From positions 1 through 29,136 of the forward strand of contig NW_021834109.1 in the NCBI RefSeq assembly GCF_006345805.1: a stretch of DNA of 29,136 bases, given 5' to 3'. Of the stretch, positions 1 to 9,174 are shown piece after piece. The notes under the pieces were generated by a model. The model searched no databases, was not told the origin of the DNA, and saw nothing but the letters and a program-made list of their open reading frames with translations. This DNA comes from Octopus sinensis. Its lineage: Eukaryota. The stretch's first letter is position 1. Each line of letters begins with the position of its first letter. Made by a program: the position numbers and the translations under genes.

Positions 1-365
1 TATTCCAAATTTCTAATATTTTCTCCTTTTGTTGATGTTTATTTTTTGGTCGATTTTCTGTATCATCCCTCGATAATTCATATTTAATTTTTGACCAAAT
101 ATGTTCAATGGGATTCATATCGGGGGATTGAGCCGGCCAATCGAGTAAATTAATTTTGTTTGCAGAAAAATACTCCTTTGTTGCTTTCGAAGTATGACAT
201 GGGGCATTATCTTGCTGGAATATGAAGCTGTTTAATCCCATTTTAATGGCTGATTTTCCAGATTGTTAGCAAGAATGTTTATATATTGTCCTGAGTTTAT
301 TTTTTCATCAATGAAACATAACGAACCCATTCCAAAATATGAAAAGCATCCCCAGACCATAAAAA
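1..365 (-). mobile_element. Tc1/mariner transposase, C-terminal DD34E region (fragment, one frameshift, runs off the window)
   Basis: Minus strand reads MVWGCFSYFG...FIFQQDNAPCHTSK...LLDWPAQSPDMNPIEHIW, the Tc1 QDN and SPDxNPIE motifs. Confidence 0.9.
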
Positions 366-434
366 ATATAGAAAAAAATATTATGCTCAAAGGTTTTTTT
401 TTCTAAATTTGATAAAATGACGATTTATTAACTG

Positions 435-554
435 TCCGGATTTTAATGTCGAGGGGTGTAGATCTCAGACCCTGGGACATCGTCGTCTCAGGCCGATCAT
501 GTGGGCAGGATCGAACCTTTCAGTAGGATCTCCCTCGTTTGGATCGGCGATCAC
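435..554 (-). repeat. Dispersed repeat, inverted diverged copy of 20307-20460
   Basis: Reverse complement shares GTGATC..GGAGATCCT..GAAAGGTTC.ATCCT..CCTG.GACGACGATGTCCCAGGG with 20307-20393. Confidence 0.7.
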
Positions 555-589
555 GGGAATTATTATAATTAACTGGCTTATCCGTCTTT

Positions 590-960
590 GGTTTTTAATA
601 CATAAATAAGTTCCTTCAATTATTTAATTTTGAGGGATACAATGTGCAGGACAGTGGTCTATTAGAAATAAAATTTTCTTTTTAATTTTAAGCTAGAGAT
701 CAAAACTGATAATTCAATCAATAAATATAGATGCAGTCATCCAAGCTTTTGTGAGCTATAATATGAGACTAGAAATCCATAGTTAAAATTTCTAAAGCAT
801 AACTGGTTTTAATTTATGACTTCCGGTCATATTTGAACAAAGCATAAAAGACACACAGTCTTTATAATTTTTTATCCTTGGAATCGGTTTTTGCATATGC
901 TTTTTGATGGAATAAGTTGTAGTATAATTTAATGAATTTTTATAGGATTTATGAACCGAC
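590..960 (-). mobile_element. pogo/Tigger-type DDE transposase remnant
   Basis: Minus-strand pieces KDCVSFMLCSNMTGSHKLKPVML and KKKILFLIDHCPAH match pogo TVMLCxNxTGxxKLKP and KILLLxDNxPAH motifs; interrupted by stops. Confidence 0.7.
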
Positions 961-1380
961 ATGTTGTCTGTTTCCGAAATTTTTAGTGAGATAAAATAAT
1001 TTTTACCTATTAAAGTGCACTTTAGATATTTTGATACTTAAAGCTATAGAAGCTATAGAACATATAACAACATCTAAACAAAGAGAATGATTTCCAACAA
1101 TAAGGGGTGAATGCCTTAATTAAATAGTTTAACCTTAGTTAAAATTGGTTCCGTTTTAACAATGAGTAATATAAACGTTGAATCTCATGAGAATTTATTT
1201 TTGCATCGTAAAAAAAGTTATTCAAAAAAAACAACCGCACATGTTTACTTTACATTTAAGCTTCTTAAATTATTTAAAAAATAGTCCAACAGTAGTGCTT
1301 GTTATCAAAAAAATTTTGTTAATAATATTTCATGAGCAAGTAAAAAGTTCGCTTATAATTTTGTAACACTTGCATCCCAG

Positions 1381-1870
1381 TTATAATATAGACTTTTTAA
1401 TAGAAGAATTTCTCCTCTTCGTAACGTCAAAGCCTTCCAAAAAATACAATTGCATATGTTTACTATATTCATTATCATATAATTGAGAGCCATTTTCAGT
1501 TCCATCAAAATATATTTTCACTACATTTGAAATATAAGTCTCCGATAGTTCAGATTGAATGTTTATTAATTTCGAAATCATTTTTTTTAATTCACTCGAT
1601 TTCATACTTATCCTACAAATATGATAACTGTCGCATATTTATATTCAATAATGTCTCATAATAATTTTCATAAAGATCGCCAATACAAATTTCTTCATAT
1701 AGGACATTTGAAAAAGATAGTTGAAAAAAATTGACGATCCCCATATCAAGGAGTTCAAGAATGTATTCTTTGGAAATTTTAGGAAAGTAAGATTTGAATA
1801 ATTTAGACATCTATGACAAGTAGCATTATCAGGAAGAATTAAAATTTTTCTATTTTGTGAAAACATTTCA
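1381..1870 (-). mobile_element. Second pogo/Tigger-type transposase remnant
   Basis: RKILILPDNATCH...SNLTFLKFPKNT, then LDMGIVNFF in another frame, matching DNAxxH / FLPPNTT / QPLDxGII. The 1381-1640 part is assigned by position only. Confidence 0.6.
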
Positions 1871-2281
1871 TCATTAATTTTTCGTAACCAATTGTTAAAA
1901 AGAAAGAAATGAAATCAGAAATTAGTAGAGCTATATGGGACCCGGGAGTCAGTCCGACGAATCGAGAGGCAGTTCCGACGTAGAATAGAGACCGAAACGC
2001 GCTTGAAGAGCCAGCTCGCCTCCCTCCGGTTATGCGTCTTCAAGGTAATTTTATCGCCGAATCCGGAAATTGAAATTCCATTTTGTCTCAAATTCCTGAA
2101 AAGTTCAAAAACAAAAATTATTTTAAAAAATGCCCTAATAAGCGGGGTCGATAATATTTTAGTTTAGTATTCTATTAGTAGAAAATTAAATAAATTGCTA
2201 TAAAATGGACTTTATAAATAAAAGTACCCCAAATATGGAAGGTGCCCCAAGGCCAAGGTTTTATTGGGGCGGAGGTCGGAC

Positions 2282-2684
2282 TGTATAGGGTTTTTCGAGC
2301 TTTAACGTAGAAAGCGCAAGCATTAGTGTTAATGTAGCAGCATTAGTGCTGATAGATCTAGAATTAGTGTTAATGCATCAAGCATTCGTGTCGACGGTCT
2401 AAAAAACTAAGTTTTATTCATTTTTTAACTTTATTTTGCTGTTGACATTCTCGGAAATTACGAGACGTTTTTATCCGGAGAATACCTTAATGCAAATATA
2501 TTCTCAATTGATACATAAAAGGAGACTATGGTAGTAAATATTCAATATTAAAATTTGTAATGACTTCAGCTGTCTATATGTAGCTTCTACTTTTAACACG
2601 GAATTCTTGAGAATTAACACTAATGCTTAATGCGTCAACACTAATGCTTGCACTTTGACGTTAAAACTCGGAAAACCCTATACA
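2282..2684. mobile_element. MITE / non-autonomous DNA transposon with ~70-bp imperfect TIRs
   Basis: TGTATAGGGTTTTTCGAGCTTTAACG at 2282 is the near-perfect reverse complement of CGTTAAAACTCGGAAAACCCTATACA ending at 2684; GCATTAGTG subrepeats in both arms; TA at both ends. Confidence 0.8.
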
Positions 2685-2957
2685 TCTTTTATTATTCATT
2701 TTTTATACTGTTACTTTCTAAAACATAGCAGTTCAGCTTCCATACTCATTTATGGCGGATGGATGACAATCATTGTTATTCTTTGAATGATACCATCATA
2801 TTTTGATCGCATTCGTGAAGACCTTGAGCTCATGAGGAAGGACTCCTGAGTCTACTCCTCTTTGAGTCTATTCTGATTATTCGACGGATTGGTGTGATTC
2901 TATTGAAAAAGAATAGTTTTCAATAACTCTTATAGTTTATAATGTTTTTATTTACAA

Positions 2958-3478
2958 AAAATAGTTTGTGAAATCGTGGATGAAGTCATTGTGATGACAA
3001 ATTTGAACATCAATCAATTTGAGGGTTGTTCTGTCGTAATCGGGAGTTTTTACATGATGCTTCAAGAGTACTGATTGCAAATTACTATAAGTAGAATTTT
3101 TCGAATCGAGAACTTTAAATATTTAAGTTGAGTCCAGGCACTGAGTGGATACATCATCTTCGCCGTTCCCAATGAATTACAAACTCTTGAGTTTCTTAAA
3201 AATTTGATGTATGTAGAAGGAGAAGAACTGTATTTTTTACAACTGAGATATTTTAGGTTTGGAAGACTCGGTTACTATATTCGGAGATAAATCCTCAAAA
3301 ATAAAAAATTGGGAGTTAAGAAATTTGACGTGATTAAAGGCGGCTTGGATATAGATTTGCCGACAGTCTACTGTTATCATTTCGCTTACTTAAAGGAAAG
3401 ATGCAAACATAATAACAATGATCTGAAACTAGATTGCCGACGTAATTTTAGGCGATGACATGGGAGTATTTTTCTCAT
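2958..3478 (-). CDS. Exons of an unidentified protein-coding gene (partial; related copies near 5939-6450 and 8907-9165)
   Basis: Frame NLQSVLLKHHVKTPDYDRTTLKLIDVQICHHNDFIHDFTN; against unit 2, five differing codons are synonymous and two are not. Full model not resolved. Confidence 0.45.
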
Positions 3479-4269
3479 TTAACTGTTAAATAATCTTCTG
3501 TTCTCGTTAATTTGTCTTATCTGATTTAATCAAAGTTTTGTCGTTTCATTTTAAAGTTAATTTATAAGAACTATAAGAATAGTACTTTCACATTCACACT
3601 CCAAAAAAAAGAACTGTAGTTGAGTTAAACACCTCTTTAAAAAATCAAATAATAATTAACTATGCCTTTCGCAAAAACTTTAGGATGGAAGGAAAGTTTA
3701 GAAACGACTGATTCATAATAAAAGACCAAGCAAAAAAAGCTATTTGCCGATATTTTAGTCCTCTATTGAAAGAGAGCAAAAAAATAAAAACCAAAGAATA
3801 TACTGGTGCATCAGTCCTAGCTATTTTGCAGGAGGTTATACTCTCCTTTTTTCCATTTCCACTGTCTGCAAATGGTCTAGGCACGTGATGCCCACCTCCA
3901 CGATAACAATCTCTCCAGGAAAAAGTAGTCTAATATTTTTTAGTTTAAATTGCAATTTACAAATATTAAATAAAGCAGAAAAAATAAAATTGAATAAAAT
4001 AAATTCAAATTTATAACTTTATAACTCATCAAAGAATTAACATTGTGAATCACTTAGCAAAGATTATAGTTTAATAAATTTAATTTATTTGATAAAAAAA
4101 ATTTGTTGTTTTTGCAATCATAGTCAGGAGTTTCGGCTGGAGTCAGCTCAAAGTATCAATAAAATATAAAGACAATGTTCGTTCCAATATCTCCCAGGGC
4201 CATCAGTTTAATTTGAAACGGATTAAATATCCTAAAACATTTAGATGTTGAATGAACTAACCTTTGTTT

Positions 4270-4740
4270 ACAAAAAAATATCCATCACACAAAAAGACGG
4301 GCGATATTTCGAAGCAATCGCAACTTGAAATACGAAAAAAGGGAGACTTTGTATGCTCTAGGCATCAATCAATTCGGGGACATGCTATTTAATCACTTCT
4401 CTAACTAGTTAGGAATTTGGAGAAATGCATAAAGGATCTCATTTTGATCTCAATTTACCCGAATTTCAAGAATTTAGTTCTAAATCCGAATTTGGAGATA
4501 ATTTTGACGTCCCAGTCAACTTTAGTTGGGTGTGACTGATGTTAAAAGTGAAGGGAAAATGTGCATCCTGTTATATATTTGGAGCTATATAAGACACTAA
4601 TCAATTTGTAGTTGGGAAGTTTTGAAGGCCAATTCGCTATTAAATACGGCAAGCTTGTTAGCTTCAGTGAGCAGAATGTACTCGACTGTTTAAAACGGAC
4701 GGTTGGGACGGAAGCTAAGAGTTGGTTGGTCAAGAATAGG
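4270..4740 (+). pseudogene. Cathepsin L-like (papain family C1A) gene, frameshifted, copy 1
   Basis: I29 prodomain RRAIFRSN and YALGINQFGD, then DVPVNFSWV, TDVKSEGK-CASCYIFGA and SFEGQFAIKYGKLVSFSEQNVLDC, matching LPxxVDWR / VKNQGxCGSCWAF / LSEQNLVDC. Confidence 0.75.
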
Positions 4741-5640
4741 TAGAATCAACAGTTTTTAAAATACTTAACGATTTTAGAATGAATCGATTGAAATATTCTG
4801 CGCGCAATTTGTATATCTGAAATTTTGTGTGGTGAAATAGTTCGAACTATGTCATGTAAGTAAAAAATAATATTTATATTTATTTTAGTCATCAATTTCA
4901 CAAAGATTGTATAGATCCTTGGCTTTTTATGAAAGGAAAATGTCCATTATGTCAAAAAAACTTTTATTTCTTTAGTAGAAGTATAAATAAAGTTAATCAC
5001 TCTATAATAATTGAAAATATTTGTTTTAATAAGTGATTGATTTGGAAAATTTAACGACTTAATTATAAATAATTTAAAACTGCTGCCGTAAAAATTTCCA
5101 GATGCAATCAGCTTAGATATTGATAAATAAACTCGTTAAAGTTTAATATACACTACTGGACTCTTTAGAATTGTAATAAATCTGAATCTATTTTTTTTTA
5201 ATTATTTTACTACCACGTGTAGATGATCAATAAAATGAGTAGGACGTGGTCATATAACGTCACACATCTAAGTGAGCAAATTTTACTAAGTTACACAAAA
5301 CTTTATGGAGTGTGTCAAGTAATTCTCACATGAAGCATACTATTTTTTAAGAGTAGGTGATAGCCAGATAATTTGAAGGAGTTGACCAAACTTAAAGAGA
5401 ATTTAAACTTAAGCAAATCAGCTTAAAAGTCCTTGAAAAAAGTTCTTTATCAGGACGCATAGCCCACATACTTCTCTGATATCAATTTGCGTCAGTCGTT
5501 GGTATAAATAAAACATACACAAAAAATCCATAATTTAAAATTGAGTTTACTAAAAAGACATATTTCAATTGATTTTACAACCTGTACATACAATATGTTG
5601 TCAATTTTCTTTTAAAATAAAATTTATTTTTCTTCTAAAA

Positions 5641-5836
5641 ATGAAATACTTACTTTTAGCTTGCTTTTTATTAATTTCTAAAACTACTGTGCAAATTCCG
5701 GTATCTGAAGAATTTTCTATTTTTAAAGAGTTGGAGTCCAGGTGGTTTCGTTAATTTTAACGAAGACTTTAATAATTATCCACTCGAAGAAGAAGATGAA
5801 AATTCAGATATTCGTAAACCATTCCGATATGGATGA
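5641..5836 (+). CDS. Secreted RYamide-type peptide precursor, 55 aa (exons 5641-5700, 5729-5836), copy 1
   Basis: MKYLLLACFLLISKTTVQIP|SWSPGGFVNFNEDFNNYPLEEEDENSDIRKPFRYG* after removing a 28-nt GT-AG intron: hydrophobic leader, acidic spacer, RK, terminal Gly. Confidence 0.7.
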
Positions 5837-7229
5837 ACAGATCTTAAAATTACTAATTAATCATTATCACTAAATTACTAATCTATTTAATTCTTTAATT
5901 CCAAGAAAAAGTTCCAAAATAAATTTTAAACATTTTGAGTTTGTGAAATCGTGGATGAAATCATTATGATGACAAATTCTAACATCAATCAATTTGAGCG
6001 TTGTTCTGTCGTAATCGGAGTCTTTACATGATGGTTTAAGAGTACTGATTGCAAATACTCTAAGTATAACTTTCGAATCGGGAATTTTAAATATTTAAGT
6101 TGAGTCCAGGCACTGAGTGAATACATCATCTTCGCCGTTCCCATAATTACAAACTCTTGATTTCTTAAAAATTTGATGTATGTAGAAGGAGAAGAACTGT
6201 ATTTTTTACAACTGAGATATTTTAGGTTTGGAAGACTCGGTTACTATATTCGGAGATAAATCCTCAAAAATAAAAAATTGGGAGTTAAGAAATTTGACGT
6301 GATTAAAGGCGGCTTGGATATAGATTTGCCGACAGTCTACTGTTATCATTTCGCTTACTTAAAGGAAAGATGCAAACATAATAACAATGATCTGAAACTA
6401 GATGCCGACGTAATTTTAAGGCGATGACATGGGAGTATTTTTCTCATTTACTGTTTAAATAATCTTCTGTCTCGTTAATTTGTCTTATCTGATTTAATCA
6501 AAGTTTTGTCGTTTCATTTTAAAGTTAATTTATAAGAACTATAAGAATAGTACTTTCACATTCACACTCCAAAAAAAAGAACTGTAGTTGAGTTAAACAC
6601 CTCTTTAAAAAATCAAATAATTAACTATGCCTTTCGCAAAAACTTTAGGATGGAAGGAAAGTTTAGAAACGACTGATTCTAATAGAAAGACCAAGCAAAA
6701 AAAGCTATTTGCCAATTTTAGTTTAGTCCTCTATTGAAAGAGAGCAAAAAATAAAAACCAAAGAATATACTGGTGGCATCAGTCCTAGTATTTTGCCGGA
6801 GTTATACTCTCCTTTTTTCCATTTCCACTGTCTGCAAATGGTCTAGGCACGTGATGCCCACCTCCACGATAACAATCTCTCCAGGAAAAAGTAGTCTAAT
6901 ATTTTTTAGTTTAAATTGCAATTTACAAATATTAAATAAAGCAGAAAAAATAAAATTGAATAAATAAATTCAAATTTATAACTTTATAACTCATCAAAGA
7001 ATTAACATTGTGAATCACTTAGCAAAGATTATAGTTTAATAATTTAATTTATTTGATAAAAAAAATTTGTTGTTTTGCAATCATAGTCAGAGTTTCGGCT
7101 GGAGTCAGCTCAAAGTATCAATAAAATAAAACAATGTTCGTTCCAATATCTCCCAGGGCCATCAGTTTAATTTGAAACGGATTAAATATCCTAAAACATT
7201 TAGATGTTGAATGAACTAACCTTTGTTTA

Positions 7230-7700
7230 CAAAAAAATATCCATCACACAAAAAGACGGGCGATATTTCGAAGCAATCGAAACTTGAAATACGAAAAAAG
7301 GGAGACTTCGTATGCTCTAGGCATCAATCAGTTCGCGGACAGGCTATTTAATCACTTCTCTAACTAGTCAGGAATTGGAGAAATGCATAAAGGATCTCAT
7401 TTTGATCTCAATTTACCCGAATTTCAAGAATTTAGTTCTAAATCCGAATTTGGAGATAATTTTGACGTCCCAGTCAACTTTAGTTGGGTGGACTAATGTT
7501 AAAAGTGAAGGGAAAATGTGCATCCTGTTATATATTTGGAGCTATAAAAAGACTAATCAATTTGTAGTTGGGAAGTTTTGAAGGCCAATTCGCTATTAAA
7601 TACGGCAAGCTTGTTAGCTTCAGTGAGCAGAATGTACTCGACTGTATTAAACGGACGGTTGGGACGGAAGCTAAGAGTATTGGTTGGTCAAGAATAGGTA
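7230..7700 (+). pseudogene. Cathepsin L-like gene, frameshifted, copy 2
   Basis: Same motifs as copy 1 (YALGINQFAD, VPVNFSWV, CASCYIFGA, LVSFSEQNVLDC) with different 1-nt indels. Confidence 0.75.
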
Positions 7701-8606
7701 GAATCAACAGTTTTTAAAATACTTAACGATTTTAGAATGAATCGATTGAAATATTCTGCGCAATTTGTATATCTGAAATTTTGTGTGGTGAAATAGTTCG
7801 AACTATGTCATGTAAGTAAAAAATAATATTTATATTTTATTTTAGTCATCAATTTCACAAAGATTGTATAGATCCTTGGCTTTTTATGAAAGGAAAATGT
7901 CCATTATGTCAAAAAACTTTTATTTCTTTAGTAGAAGTATAAATAAAGTTAATCACTCTATAATAATTGAAAATATTTTGTTTTAATAAGTGATTGATTT
8001 GGAAAATTTAACGACTTAATTATAAATAATTTAAAACTGCTGCCGTAATAAATTTCCAGATGCAATCAGCTTAGATATTGATAAATAAACTCGTTAAAGT
8101 TTAATATACAACTACTGGACTCTTTAGAATTGTAATAAATCTGAATCTATTTATTTTTTAATTATTTTACTACCACGTGTAGATGATCAATAAAATGAGT
8201 AGGACGTGGTCATAATAACGTCACACATCTAAGTGAGCAAATTTTTACTAAGTTACACAAAACTTTATGGAGTGTGTCAAGTAATTCTCACATGAAGCAT
8301 ACTATTTTTTAAGAGTAGGTGATAGCCAGATAAATTTGAAGGAGTTGACCAAACTTTAAAGAGAATTTAAACTTAAGCAAATCAGCTTAAAAGTCCTTGA
8401 AAAAAGTTCTTTATCAGGACGCATAGCCCACATACTTCTCTGATATCAATTTGCGTCAGTCGTTGGTTATAAATAAAACATACACAAAAAATCCATAATT
8501 TAAAATTGAGTTTACTAAAAAAGACATATTTCAATTGATTTTACAACCTGTACATACAATATGTTGTCAATTTTCTTTTAAAATAAAATTTATTTTTCTT
8601 TTAAAA

Positions 8607-8803
8607 ATGAAATACTTACTTTTAGCTTGTTTTTTATTAATTGCTAAAACTACTGTGCAAATTCCGGTATCTGAAAAATTTTCTATTTTTTAAAGAGTTG
8701 GAGTCCAGGTGGTTTCGTTAATTTTAACGAAGACTTTAATAATTATCCACTCGAAGAAGAAGATGAAAATTCAGATATTCGTAAACCATTCCGATATGGA
8801 TGA
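8607..8803 (+). CDS. Secreted RYamide-type peptide precursor, 55 aa (exons 8607-8666, 8696-8803), copy 2
   Basis: Same protein except S13A and a synonymous Cys codon; the only indel between copies lies in the intron (29 vs 28 nt). Confidence 0.7.
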
Positions 8804-9174
8804 ACAGATCTTAAAATTACTAATTAATCATTATCATTAAATTACTAATCTAAATTAATTCTTTAATTCCAAGAAAAAGTTCCAAAATAAATTTTAAACA
8901 TTTTGAGTTTGTGAAATCGTGGATGAAATCATTATGATGACAAATTCTAACATCAATCAATTTGAGCGTTGTTCTGTCGTAATCGGGAGTCTTTCATGAT
9001 GGTTTAAGAGTACTGATTGCAAATTACTATAAGTAGAACTTTTCGAATCGGGATTTTAAATATTTAAGTTTAGTTCAGGCACTGAGTGAATACATCATCT
9101 TCGCCGTTCCCATAAATTACAAACTCTTGAGTTTCTTAAAAATTTTGATGTAGTAGAAAGGAGAAGACGTATTT

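Noticed and set aside
91-225. Plus-strand exon pair with a 21-nt intron (EPANR|KNTPLLL..MGH), vaguely oligopeptidase-like
   Set aside because: The opposite strand is an unambiguous Tc1 transposase.
475-540. Resemblance to the ends of bacterial tRNA-Sec
   Set aside because: No anticodon or variable arm and no cloverleaf; short matches only.
1935-2045. GC-rich patch sharing TATGCGTCTT with ~20554
   Set aside because: A 10-nt match only; no ORF or structure supported.
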